NCBI GenBank assembly: GCA_965215605.1
Contig: OZ244070.1
Coordinates: forward strand, 2,016,001 to 2,080,000
Direction: 5' to 3'
DNA: 64,000 nucleotides
Source of the DNA: an uncultured Candidatus Binatia bacterium
GTDB lineage: Bacteria; Desulfobacterota; Binatia; UBA9968; JAJDTQ01
Part shown: positions 9,051 to 18,705 of the stretch, in pieces
Layout: each line of letters opens with the position of its first letter
How positions within the stretch are numbered: the stretch's first letter is position 1
Notes under the pieces: model-generated
The model's input: only the letters and a program-made list of their open reading frames with translations
Told to the model about the DNA's origin: nothing
The model's database searches: none
Made by a program: the position numbers and the translations under genes

Positions 9051-9186
9051 TGACCAGTTAGGGCGCGGACTAAATTTAGTTGCCCGTATAAATTTGGTCT
9101 CGTTTCTTACTTTTGGTGGACGAAACCCTTAAGATCACCTCCCATCCCGTTTCGACGCGAACATCACACAGGAGGAAACCACACCC

Positions 9187-10449
9187 ATGAGCTTTGAGCC
9201 CAAAACACCGGCGTTCTGGGAAAAGGGTGCCCTGCGCAAGGAACTCGATCGCGTGTTCGACATCTGCTATGGCTGCACCCTTTGCCACACCCTCTGTCCG
9301 TCGTTCGTGAGCCTGTTCCAGATGATGGACGAAAACTTCGGTGACGCTACCGCGCTCAAAGACGAGCAGATGAAAACGGTGGTGGACCAGTGCTACCAGT
9401 GCAAGCTGTGCGATCCCATTTGTCCGTACGTGCCGCCGCACGAGTGGGATATCGATTTCCCCAGGACCATGATGCGGGCCACCCTCGTGGAGGCCAGGGA
9501 CAAGGGGGTGAGTTGGGCCGACCGGCTGATGGGAGACACGGACCGGGCCGGGCGGATGGCGAGCTGGATGGCGCCCTTGGTCAACTGGGCCAACCGGACC
9601 CCGTTCGTGCGCCGGCTGATGGAGAAGTACCTGGGGGTGCACCGCGACCGGCTTCTGCCCACGTATCACGGCCAGACCTTCGCCAAGTGGAACGGCAAGC
9701 GTCCGGCCGCCGCCAAGGGCGACGGCGAGGAGAAGGCGGCGCTGTTCTACACCTGCACCGTCAACTACAACGAGCCGGACATCGGCAAGGCGGCGGTGGG
9801 CGTGCTGGAGAAGAACGGCGTCGAGTGCGTGGTCCCCGAGCAGCAGTGCTGCGGCATGCCGTTCATCGACGTGGGCCTGCTGGACGAGGCGGTGAAGAAG
9901 ATCGAGGCCAACGTCAAGAGCCTGAGCGCGGCGGTGCGCCAGGGCTGCAAGATCGTGGTGCCTACGGCGAGTTGCAGCTACATGCTCAAGCAGGACTACC
10001 CGCGCATGCTGCCCACCGACGACACGAAGCTGGTGGCGGAGAACACCCTCGACCTGTCGGAGTACCTGGTGAAGCTCAACGAGGCCGGCAAGCTGGACGT
10101 GAACTTCTCACAGGCGGCCGGCAAGATCCGCTATCATCAGCCGTGCCATCTCAAGGCCCAGGACATCGGCTTCAAGGCCCAGGAACTGATGCAGCTCATC
10201 CCGGACACGGAGGTCTCCCGCATGCAGTGCTGCAGCGGGCACGACGGAACCTGGAGCGTCAGGAAGGAGAACTTCGAGGCGTCGATGCAGGTGGGCAGGC
10301 CGCTGTTCAAGTTCATGCGGCCCGACGACGCGTGCACGGTGACGGACTGTCCGCTGTCGGCGGTTCAGGTGGAGCAGGGCACCGGCAGAAAGCCGGTGCA
10401 CCCCATCGTGGTCATGGCGCGGGCCTACGGGCTCGAGGTCGAGTCGTAA
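9187..10449 (+). CDS. GlpC/HdrD-like Fe-S oxidoreductase (2x4Fe-4S plus CCG domains)
   Basis: CxxCxxCxxxCP twice; QCCG and CCSG motifs. Confidence 0.85.
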   Translation: MSFEPKTPAFWEKGALRKELDRVFDICYGCTLCHTLCPSFVSLFQMMDENFGDATALKDEQMKTVVDQCYQCKLCDPICPYVPPHEWDIDFPRTMMRATLVEARDKGVSWADRLMGDTDRAGRMASWMAPLVNWANRTPFVRRLMEKYLGVHRDRLLPTYHGQTFAKWNGKRPAAAKGDGEEKAALFYTCTVNYNEPDIGKAAVGVLEKNGVECVVPEQQCCGMPFIDVGLLDEAVKKIEANVKSLSAAVRQGCKIVVPTASCSYMLKQDYPRMLPTDDTKLVAENTLDLSEYLVKLNEAGKLDVNFSQAAGKIRYHQPCHLKAQDIGFKAQELMQLIPDTEVSRMQCCSGHDGTWSVRKENFEASMQVGRPLFKFMRPDDACTVTDCPLSAVQVEQGTGRKPVHPIVVMARAYGLEVES

Positions 10450-10486
10450 GCCGCGCGCCTTTCTCGGTTCAGTTCCGGTTTCCGGA

Positions 10487-11602
10487 CTACCTCGGGTCGA
10501 GAATCCAGCCGCCTTCCTTTTCCAGGCCGATGACGTACTCGTCGTCGGCCTCCGAGGGAAGGACCTCCGCCAGGTGCTTCGGGTAGTCCTCTTCAGAGAG
10601 CAACTCGCCGGTCACGCTGTAGGGCTGGCCGGCGTAGTTGCCGATGTAACGCCGGAACTTGTCGCTGGGAATCGTCAGTTGCGGCTGGTCTCCGGGGATG
10701 TTGTGATTCAGCGCATCCACGAGCGCGGAGACCTCTTTGAAGAAGGTCGTGCGCGACAGCTCGTTCAGCCGATCCATGTCCGCCGGCTCGTCGTACAGGT
10801 GCTCGTCGTAGCGCCCCTTCAAACCCCAAACGTAGGCCCAGTGAGCAGAGCTGGATTCGTCCTGTCCGAACAGGTCGTAGGCGGTGGAGATCCACTTGTT
10901 GAAGTACTTCTGCATCATGGTCATGGGGATCTTGCCGGCCTTGACGATGCGCATCAGGCCGATGTTTCCCTGGGCCAGGTGATAGGCCTCTTCCTTCAGC
11001 ATGGGCAGGGTGCTGCGGCCCAGCGGGGCGAAGGCGCTGCGGCTGAGCATGTTCAACTGGTACTTGCCGTCGCGGTCGATGAAGCTCGTGTAGGTGAAGA
11101 AATCCAGCCAGTTCCGCACGGGCTGGTTGAAGGAATCCAGCAGACGGCTGCCTTCGCCCGCGCGCCGCTCCAGCAACCGCTGGGACTGGCGCTTGCCGGC
11201 GTCGCCGAACTGGGTGATCAGTACGTAGGCCATCTGCCAGCCGTGCCGCATCTCTTCCCGGTTGATACGGATCAGGTTTTTCAGGTCCACTTCGGTGGGG
11301 GCCCGCTCGATGAGATTGGTTTGCTGCTCCACGGAGGCGAACTCCGTGTCCCCCTGGAACTCGATCAGGTGGGCCAGCGCGTCCTGGATACGCTGGTCGG
11401 GGATGTCCGTCACCTTCTCCCACTTGGGCCGTCCGGCATACTCGCCGAACTCGATCTCGTTGCTCTCGACGTCATCGAGCTTGGTCTCGAAGGTATAGTC
11501 GCCGCCGATGAGCTCCGTCGGGTAGCCGATGTCGTCGTGCCACTGATGGAACGCATCCACCCAGTCGTCGAAGGTGTCGATCCTCTCCTTCTTTATCAAC
11601 AT
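10487..11602 (-). CDS. BoxB/PaaA-family di-iron aromatic-CoA epoxidase-like protein
   Basis: QGDTEFASVEQQ, EEMRH, DRDGKYQL, KEEAYH resemble BoxB di-iron motifs. Confidence 0.78.
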   Translation of the reverse strand: MLIKKERIDTFDDWVDAFHQWHDDIGYPTELIGGDYTFETKLDDVESNEIEFGEYAGRPKWEKVTDIPDQRIQDALAHLIEFQGDTEFASVEQQTNLIERAPTEVDLKNLIRINREEMRHGWQMAYVLITQFGDAGKRQSQRLLERRAGEGSRLLDSFNQPVRNWLDFFTYTSFIDRDGKYQLNMLSRSAFAPLGRSTLPMLKEEAYHLAQGNIGLMRIVKAGKIPMTMMQKYFNKWISTAYDLFGQDESSSAHWAYVWGLKGRYDEHLYDEPADMDRLNELSRTTFFKEVSALVDALNHNIPGDQPQLTIPSDKFRRYIGNYAGQPYSVTGELLSEEDYPKHLAEVLPSEADDEYVIGLEKEGGWILDPR

Positions 11603-12029
11603 GATCCTGCTCCTTTCCTAATGAACGCTCGTACGAATTTGTGCCGTAAAATGAGCCACCGAGACCGTGCAGCCGTAACAAAGTTCGGCCTGTGAGGTTC
11701 GATGGCTGTCCGAATTCTAATGCGCGCGGCGCCATTTTGCAAGCCCAAAATGCCGTGTGTTAGGGCAAAGCGATAATGTCCTACTACACGTTTGTCGGGG
11801 GTTTTCAATCGGCGGTCTGTCAACGCCGTGGAGCGCCGCCCGGGACTACGGTGTCGGACGGTTGATTGGGAAGCGTCCAGCGCCGTTCCAGCAAGCGGAC
11901 GCCGCCGCGGCTCCGGCGATGCCCAAGAGCAGGCCGCCAGCGCGGCGTTGAGGCGAAATGAACCGCGCGTTCCTTGAAAGCACCGTGAGCGCGTTGCCCG
12001 GTGACTGCGGATTTGGTTTACTACTACAC

Positions 12030-12932
12030 ATGAAGTGGAGGGGCACTGGAGCATGGCAAAGGATATACGCCGCGTTGGGCAGCGCGTGCCTGGGCACGCT
12101 TGCAGTGACCTTCCTCCCATCTAGCGCGGCCGCGGGAGACGGGCGGCTGCAACTCGCCTACAAGATCTATTTCGCGGGCGTCCACGCTGCAAATCTCGGG
12201 CTCGGCGTCCGTTTCGACGCGGCAGCGTATGACACCGACGCCGCGGCCTATGACCTCCATGCAACCGCCTACGCCGTGCAGGCGCGTTTGAAGACCACCG
12301 GTCTGGTCAAGGCGGTCACCCGTTGGAAAACCACGGCGTATTCGCACGGCGCGCTTGTTGCAGGGGACGTGGTGCCGGTGCGGGCAGGGTATCGGAGCAA
12401 ACGATGGTGGAAGAAGCGTCTGGTAGATCTCGGTTTCGACCGGGGAACCCCGAAGCTCGTGCGCATGAAGCCGCACAAGGAGCCCAGGGTTTCCCCCTCC
12501 CGGCTCAAGGGAGCTCTCGACCCCGCCGGCGCCTTTCTCGCGGTGCTCGCCAGCTTCGACGCCGGTGAGGAATGCAGCCTGCGTATTCCGGTCTTTGACG
12601 GGCGCCGTCTCTATGCGCTCGTAGGCGAAGCCGATGGGGCGGGGCATCTCGAGGCCGGTCGGCATTCGCCCTATGCCGGAGCCACGGTCAACTGCCGCGT
12701 GTGGCTCGAAAGGAAAGCCGGGTTCAAGAGGCAAACCGGCAACGGCGCCGCACACGATGACACCGTGGTGCAACTCCGTATGGCGCGCGTGTTCGACGAG
12801 ATGCCGCCGGTTCCGGTGCGTTTCGCAAGCGACACCGGATACGGTTCCCTGGTCGCGCATCTCTTCCGGGCGGAACTGTACGCGGACGGCCTCAAGCGGG
12901 ACCTGCCTCCGAGTCCCGAAAGACGCTGGTGA
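12030..12932 (+). CDS. DUF3108-like exported protein
   Basis: Signal peptide; LAYKIYFAG, GALDP, IPVFDGRR, VPVR motifs; start uncertain. Confidence 0.72.
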   Translation: MKWRGTGAWQRIYAALGSACLGTLAVTFLPSSAAAGDGRLQLAYKIYFAGVHAANLGLGVRFDAAAYDTDAAAYDLHATAYAVQARLKTTGLVKAVTRWKTTAYSHGALVAGDVVPVRAGYRSKRWWKKRLVDLGFDRGTPKLVRMKPHKEPRVSPSRLKGALDPAGAFLAVLASFDAGEECSLRIPVFDGRRLYALVGEADGAGHLEAGRHSPYAGATVNCRVWLERKAGFKRQTGNGAAHDDTVVQLRMARVFDEMPPVPVRFASDTGYGSLVAHLFRAELYADGLKRDLPPSPERRW

Positions 12933-13020
12933 GGGGAAGTTCCGGGGAGGTGAGGGGAAGAAGACCAGCCTGACCAGCAGGGCCAGAACGGCAGGAGCGA
13001 ATGCGAGCGTCGGAACCGCC

Positions 13021-14241
13021 ATGTCCCGCTTCAGGCCGCCGATGTCTTCCTTGAGTTCGGCCAGGCTCTGTTTGAGCTCGGCCTTGAGTACCGGCTGTTT
13101 CGCCGGACTCCTGCTGCTGGGCGCCTGGGCGGCGGCTTCCGCCGCCGACCGTAACTTCTCGCAGTATCCGGGCTTCGCCGAGTACTTCGCCGCCAATCCA
13201 CCGGCCGGAGCGGCGGGCCCCGCCGAACGGGCGCTGGCCCGCCGCAACACGCCGCGCTTTCACCTGCCCGCGGGCCATGAGGGGCCCATCGACTTCTACC
13301 GCGACTACATCGCGCACGGTTACTTGGTGACTGGTGACGGCGTCCGCATCGACGGGCCCACTCAAGCGGAACTGAACCGGCACCGGGATGACGTCCAGGC
13401 CGAGTTCACCCACGTTCCGGACGGCGCCGAGCCGCGCCCTGTGGTCTACGCTGCAGTGGAGCGCACGGGCCTGTGGGCGCCACGGGAGGAAGGGCGCGAA
13501 ACCGAGGAGTTCACCGTCATCACCTACCACCTGGTGTTCCGGGTAAGCGGCCTGCCCGCGGGGCTGTCCCTGGCCGCGGCCATCCCGCTACGGCTGGTGG
13601 CGGATCTGGACGACTGGCACCAGCTCGACCACTACACCGCCGCCTTCGTGGTGCTGGACGCGGCGGAGCGTCCCGTCGCCCTGACCCTGCAGCAGCACAA
13701 CTACCTGCGCACCTACTTGGTGGGAGAATCGGTGGAGCCGGGAGAGGACGGGCGGTTCGACATCGACGTCGCCATCCGCTCCAACGAGCTCTACCCCCAC
13801 GTCCCGGACCGGACCGAGCGGCGCGCGGTGCGGTTCCTGGACGCCGACGCCAGGGCCTTCATGATGGGGTTCGGCGAGCGGCCGATGATGTCGGCGGACG
13901 ACGTCACCGATCCGGCCGGGAGCGTCGAGTATGAGTTGGCGTTCCTGCCCGGCTCGGACGCCTTCTATTCCTTCCACGGTTTCCTCGGCGAACGCCGCCG
14001 TCTGCCCGGCCGCGACGGCCCGCCGGGGGCGCGCTACAATACCCTGCCCGCGCTCAAGCCGCTGCCGGCGCAGGTCCTCGACGGCTACTGGCGCGACGCC
14101 AACGCCGGCGACTGGGAGCGGTACCAGCGCAGCCGGGAAGGCGGTTCCGGCCGCGCCGGCTTCGCCCGCGCCCAGGCGGGAGTTTTCCACCAGAACTTGG
14201 ACTGCCTGCGCCGCGGGCGCCAAGGCTGCACGCTGCGGTAG
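13021..14241 (+). CDS. Exported hypothetical protein
   Basis: Long ORF with host-like codon usage; signal-like segment ending AASA; start uncertain. Confidence 0.68.
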   Translation: MSRFRPPMSSLSSARLCLSSALSTGCFAGLLLLGAWAAASAADRNFSQYPGFAEYFAANPPAGAAGPAERALARRNTPRFHLPAGHEGPIDFYRDYIAHGYLVTGDGVRIDGPTQAELNRHRDDVQAEFTHVPDGAEPRPVVYAAVERTGLWAPREEGRETEEFTVITYHLVFRVSGLPAGLSLAAAIPLRLVADLDDWHQLDHYTAAFVVLDAAERPVALTLQQHNYLRTYLVGESVEPGEDGRFDIDVAIRSNELYPHVPDRTERRAVRFLDADARAFMMGFGERPMMSADDVTDPAGSVEYELAFLPGSDAFYSFHGFLGERRRLPGRDGPPGARYNTLPALKPLPAQVLDGYWRDANAGDWERYQRSREGGSGRAGFARAQAGVFHQNLDCLRRGRQGCTLR

Positions 14242-14279
14242 CCGGGGTGCGGCGGTGGGCGCGGCGACCCCGGTCGCCC

Positions 14280-15038
14280 CTACACGTTGTCGCGCGTCGT
14301 CATGCAGGCGTTGAGGATGTCTCCGTGGAGGTCCACCGCGGTGAGCCCGCAGTAGTCGAGGTCGTAGCCGGCGCGCACCTCGATGCCGTCCTGCAGCAGC
14401 CGTTGCAGCACCAGGCGCCGGAAACTGCCGTGGCCCATGACCCCGTCCTCGTGCTCCTTCAGGTCGGCCTCCTCGTGGGTGGAGAAGTAGACCGCCTGCT
14501 CGGGGGTGAGGCCGTAGTGGGTGGTGAGGGCCTTGAAGAAGTCCGCGGACCAGTACCCGGTCTGCTCCTCGGTGGCCCCGGCCGCGTAGAACTCGGCAAC
14601 GGTTCCCTCCCAGAGGATCGTCCGCTTGAAGTCGATCTTGGCCCGGAACTCGGCCAGCATCGGGTCCAGGTAGACCTCGTCTTCCACGATCCCCAGGGCC
14701 TTGGCGGTCTCCAACACCACGTGGATGTGCCCCGGCGGCTCGGGATGGAGCAGCTCGTCGGCGAGCTTCCGGGCCATGGGCGCCATCAGGTCGCGGTTCC
14801 GGCGGAAGAAGGCGATGTGCCTGTGGTAGGATGCCGCCTCCACCGTGTTGATCTCGATGGTGTAAGACGCCCAGTTCTTGAAGAACGTCCGCAGCGCGGC
14901 GCGCGGCAGCCGGCCCTCCATGAGCCGGCTCATGAAGGGCGACTCCGTCACCCGCTCGCGCCACCGCTGCGCCACCTTCCGGTAGTGTTCGTCCACACGG
15001 GCCTTGGCCTCGGCGGGTTTCATTGCGGGAATGATCAT
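14280..15038 (-). CDS. Heme-oxygenase-like di-metal enzyme (CADD/PqqC/TenA superfamily)
   Basis: DELLHPEPPGH, TEEQ, YFSTHEEAD..EH resemble the CADD metal ligands. Confidence 0.75.
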   Translation of the reverse strand: MIIPAMKPAEAKARVDEHYRKVAQRWRERVTESPFMSRLMEGRLPRAALRTFFKNWASYTIEINTVEAASYHRHIAFFRRNRDLMAPMARKLADELLHPEPPGHIHVVLETAKALGIVEDEVYLDPMLAEFRAKIDFKRTILWEGTVAEFYAAGATEEQTGYWSADFFKALTTHYGLTPEQAVYFSTHEEADLKEHEDGVMGHGSFRRLVLQRLLQDGIEVRAGYDLDYCGLTAVDLHGDILNACMTTRDNV

Positions 15039-15054
15039 GGAGGTTCCGGTCCTT

Positions 15055-15513
15055 TCAGTTTCGGCGGGGAAGGAGAAGGGTGCATTGCCCGGTCAGTATT
15101 CGCCGCCCCTCCTGGTTGGCGCCTTCCAACTCGCACACGATCCACGGTTCTTCGGGGTCGCCGCTCTTCTCGGTAGCCCGCGCGGTGAACCGCATGGTGT
15201 CGCCCTCGAAGGTGGAATGGGTGTGCCGGATGCCGAGCTTTCGCAGCCGGCCGCGTGGGCCTGCCCAGTCCGTCAGCATGCGCATCAGCAGCGCCTGCCG
15301 GTAGGCGCCGCTGGCGATGAAGGCGCGGAGGCCGGCGTGCTCCCGCACCCAGTCGCGGTCGTAGTGGAGCTGTTGGGTGTTCTCCTGGAGGCCGGCCCAG
15401 CGCACGGTGTCGATGACGGTCAGGGGGCCGAACTCCCGGGTCACCAGTTGGGCGCCCGGCTGGACGTCCTCGAAGAACTTGTCTCTGGTCGTTGCGGTGT
15501 TCGCGCCGTTCAT
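15055..15513 (-). CDS. MaoC/hotdog acyl-CoA (de)hydratase subunit
   Basis: FFEDVQPG, NTQQLHYD, TFEGDT motifs. Confidence 0.8.
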   Translation of the reverse strand: MNGANTATTRDKFFEDVQPGAQLVTREFGPLTVIDTVRWAGLQENTQQLHYDRDWVREHAGLRAFIASGAYRQALLMRMLTDWAGPRGRLRKLGIRHTHSTFEGDTMRFTARATEKSGDPEEPWIVCELEGANQEGRRILTGQCTLLLPRRN

Positions 15514-15549
15514 GTTCGCTCGGATCCGATCGCGCTTGCGCCGGTGCCG

Positions 15550-16665
15550 TCAGACGGCGCCGGCCTCCAGCAGCTCCCGACGTTCCGCCTCGGAGTAGCC
15601 CAGCTCCCCCAGGACCTCCGCGTTGTGCTCCCCCAGCGTGGGCGCGGGTCTCATCTCCTGGCCCCGCACCCGGGCCACGGCGCCGCGCGGGAAGGGGATG
15701 CGCCCGAAGCGTGGATCATCCTCTTCGGCGAGATATCCCCGCGCCACGAGCTGCGGATCCCGGGTCAGGTCCAGCGGCGTCGACACCGGCGACGACGGGA
15801 ACCGCCGCCGCTGCCCCTCCTCGACGATCTCCGACTTGGTGAACTGCCGGGACCAGGCCAGCACCCGGTCCATGATGAAGTCCTTCTTCTCGCGCTGCGC
15901 GTCGTCCGACGCCAGGGAGGGGTCGGCCATGAGCTCGGGGTCCCGGACCCATTCCATGAACTTCTCCCAGCGGCCGGGCCGGTTGATCTGGCTCACCACC
16001 CAGTGGCCGTCCTTGCACGGCAGCGCTCCCGAGATGGCGGTGATGGTGCCGCGGTTGCCGCGCCGTTCCGTACGGGTGCCCGAGAAGGTGTACTCCACCA
16101 TGGCCTGCTCCACGAAGGTCTCCAGACAGTCCTGCATGGAGATCCGGACGCGCTGGCCCTGTCCCGTGCGTTCGAGCACGTGAAGGGCGGCGGCGGTGGC
16201 GACGGCCGCCTGGACGCCGGTGGCCAGATAGATCATGTGGCCGCCCAGCAGCGTGGGCCGGCCGTCCCGCTGTCCGGTGAGGGAAAGCAGGCCGGAGCGG
16301 GCATAGGCGCACAGCTCGTCCTCTTCTTCCTCCACGTCGGTCCACACGAGACCGGCCCTTGCTGCGTCCTGGTCCATGGGCAGCGGCCGGCTGGTCACCA
16401 CGGCGCCGGCCGTCCGCACCAGCTTCAGGAACACCGGCCATCCCGTGGCGGACTCCAGGTCCAGGGAGACGCTGCGCTTGCCGGCGTTCAGGAAGCGGTG
16501 GAACGCTCCCTGCTCCGGGTCGGGGCTTTCCCCCAGGAACGGTCCGGTCCGGCGCACCGCGTCACCGCCCGGAGGCTCGACGCGGATGACGTCATGGCCG
16601 GACTCCGCGAGCAGCCGCGCGGCATAGGCGCCGGCCAGAGCTCCGATATCGATGATGCGCGACAT
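15550..16665 (-). CDS. Family III CoA-transferase, probably a non-catalytic subunit
   Basis: DVIRVEPPGGD, NAGKRSV, PTLGEHN; the expected Asp position reads HMIYLATG. Confidence 0.82.
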   Translation of the reverse strand: MSRIIDIGALAGAYAARLLAESGHDVIRVEPPGGDAVRRTGPFLGESPDPEQGAFHRFLNAGKRSVSLDLESATGWPVFLKLVRTAGAVVTSRPLPMDQDAARAGLVWTDVEEEEDELCAYARSGLLSLTGQRDGRPTLLGGHMIYLATGVQAAVATAAALHVLERTGQGQRVRISMQDCLETFVEQAMVEYTFSGTRTERRGNRGTITAISGALPCKDGHWVVSQINRPGRWEKFMEWVRDPELMADPSLASDDAQREKKDFIMDRVLAWSRQFTKSEIVEEGQRRRFPSSPVSTPLDLTRDPQLVARGYLAEEDDPRFGRIPFPRGAVARVRGQEMRPAPTLGEHNAEVLGELGYSEAERRELLEAGAV

Positions 16666-16667
16666 GC

Positions 16668-17246
16668 TCAGTCCGTCCGGCGGTCCTTGGACTTCCCTTG
16701 GCCATGCCCGGGACCAACGGGAACGGTTTCGACCGCCCGTTCCGGGAACAGCGCCACGGTGTGACGCCGCGTGAACACCAGCTCGCCCCCTCCGTTGCGC
16801 ACCTCCTCCAACTGCGTCACGTAGATTCCCACGCCCATCTTCCCCTCCCGGGCCGTGATGTCGACGATATGGCTCTGGCAGGAGAGCGGCTCGCCCAGGT
16901 GGACGGGCTTCAGCCACTCGGTCTCGCTGCCGGCGTTGCGGACGTTGGTATAGGCGGCGGGGACGGGAAGATGACGACGCACGTCGATCGAGGCCCCTTT
17001 CCCATCCTCCGGCTCCTTGAGGCTGAAGGGAGTCCAGCCCACCAGGATCGGCGGCAGGAGACGCCCCGCGTAACCGGCCGAGCGGGCGAAGCCGTCATCC
17101 AGCCACAGGGGATTGGCATCGCCGGTGGCGTCCACGTAGCGGCGCACGTCCGAGGCGCTCAGGGGCTCCAGGGAACGTACCGGGCCTCTATGGCCGATGC
17201 AGCGGCGGAGCTCGTCGGTGATGATGGTTTCGGCGGATTCGCTCAT
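16668..17246 (-). CDS. MaoC N-terminal (FAS1-like) dehydratase subunit
   Basis: VRRYVDATGDANPLW, NAGSETEW, REGKMG motifs. Confidence 0.8.
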   Translation of the reverse strand: MSESAETIITDELRRCIGHRGPVRSLEPLSASDVRRYVDATGDANPLWLDDGFARSAGYAGRLLPPILVGWTPFSLKEPEDGKGASIDVRRHLPVPAAYTNVRNAGSETEWLKPVHLGEPLSCQSHIVDITAREGKMGVGIYVTQLEEVRNGGGELVFTRRHTVALFPERAVETVPVGPGHGQGKSKDRRTD

Positions 17247-17294
17247 AGGAACCGCGGTGTCGTGAGCATCGCTTTCGGATCGGGCCGGGGGCGC

Positions 17295-18536
17295 CTACAC
17301 CAGCGCTCCTTCGTCATCCAGTTCCGCCCAGCCGCTTTCCGAGAGGTCGAGCCATTCCCGGAGCACCTCCCGCGTGTGCTGGCCCAGGCCGGGGGCCGGC
17401 GTTGCGGCCGGCAGCGCGCTCCCGGAAAACTCCATGGGCAGCGCGGTGGTCAGCATGGAGCCTACCCTGGGCTCGGCCATCCTCTTGTAGGCTCCCGACG
17501 GTGTTCCGTTTTCCACCAGCTCCTGGACCCTGCGCATGCGCGCCGCGGGGACACCGGCCCGTCCGAGGCGCGCCTCGACGTCGGCCCTGTCGAGTCCCCC
17601 GGTCCAGGCCTCGATGCGCTCGTCGATCTCGTTGTGATGACGCATCCGTCCCGACACGCCGGCGAACCGGGCGTCACTCGCCAGAGGCGCATCCGCGGCG
17701 CCCTCCTCCACGACCCGGGCCAACGCCCGCCACTGGACGTCGTCACGGACGCTCACGGCGCACCACTCGTCCTGCCCCGCGCAGCGATAGACTCCCTGCG
17801 GCGCGAACCGGTCCGAGCGGTTGCCCATCCTGTCGGGGTTCCCCTGCTTCACCCCGCTGAACATCAGCAGCGGCGCGATCATCGACACGCTGCACTCGAA
17901 CTGGCCCATGTCGAGATGGAGGCCCTTGCCGGTGCTCTCCCGCTCGGTCAGGGCGGCGATGATGGCGTAGCAGGTGTGGAGCCCGCCGATGTAGTCGTTC
18001 CAGGAGTTGGAGATGGCGGTGGGAGGGTCTCCCTCGGCGCCGGTGACCTGCATGAGACCCGCGCACCCCTGCAGGTTCATGTTCATGCTGGTCCAGTCGC
18101 GGCGCGGGCCGCTGTGGCCGTAACCCGACATGCTGGCGAATATCAGTCCGGGGTTGGCTTCCCTGAGGCTTTCGTAACCCAGCCCCAGGCGGGACATGAC
18201 CCCGGCGCTGAAGTTCTCCACCACCACGTCGGCGGCAGTGGCCAGGCGCCGGGCGATGTCCCGGCCCGCGGGGTGCTTGAGGTCGACGGCCACCGAGCGC
18301 TTGTTGCGGTTGGTGTTCAGATACGAGGCGTGGCGTCCGTCCGTGTGCCGGTAGGACGACGGCCACGGAAAATCGGGATGCTTGCTGCTCTCGACCCGCA
18401 CCACGTCCGCGCCCAGGTCCGCCAGCAGCCGGGTGCAGAACGGCGCCGCCAGCACGTGGCCGAAGTCGAGGACGCGGACTCCCGACAACGGCGGTCCGCC
18501 GTCGTTCGCCGTCTTTCTGCTCCTCTCAAGGTCCAT
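17295..18536 (-). CDS. Family III CoA-transferase (CaiB/BaiF)
   Basis: LAAPF, NRNKRS, VVENF, SGYGHSGP, NDYIGG (catalytic Asp). Confidence 0.9.
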   Translation of the reverse strand: MDLERSRKTANDGGPPLSGVRVLDFGHVLAAPFCTRLLADLGADVVRVESSKHPDFPWPSSYRHTDGRHASYLNTNRNKRSVAVDLKHPAGRDIARRLATAADVVVENFSAGVMSRLGLGYESLREANPGLIFASMSGYGHSGPRRDWTSMNMNLQGCAGLMQVTGAEGDPPTAISNSWNDYIGGLHTCYAIIAALTERESTGKGLHLDMGQFECSVSMIAPLLMFSGVKQGNPDRMGNRSDRFAPQGVYRCAGQDEWCAVSVRDDVQWRALARVVEEGAADAPLASDARFAGVSGRMRHHNEIDERIEAWTGGLDRADVEARLGRAGVPAARMRRVQELVENGTPSGAYKRMAEPRVGSMLTTALPMEFSGSALPAATPAPGLGQHTREVLREWLDLSESGWAELDDEGALV

Positions 18537-18553
18537 GCCACGTGATCCCATAT

Positions 18554-18578
18554 GTAGGGGCGGGTTTCAAACCCGCCC
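18554..18578 (+). repeat. GTAG-type REP-like palindrome
   Basis: GTAGGGGCGGGTTTCAAACCCGCCC. Confidence 0.7.
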
Positions 18579-18705
18579 TGTCCCTTGGCCGGCGCGCCGG
18601 GGCTCGGTCCCGGCGTTGACAGCCATCCACCGGGAACCTATATAATCGCCACGGAATCGCCCGGCGCATCGACGGACGTGAGGCGAAAGGTCTAAGGTGA
18701 ACGAA

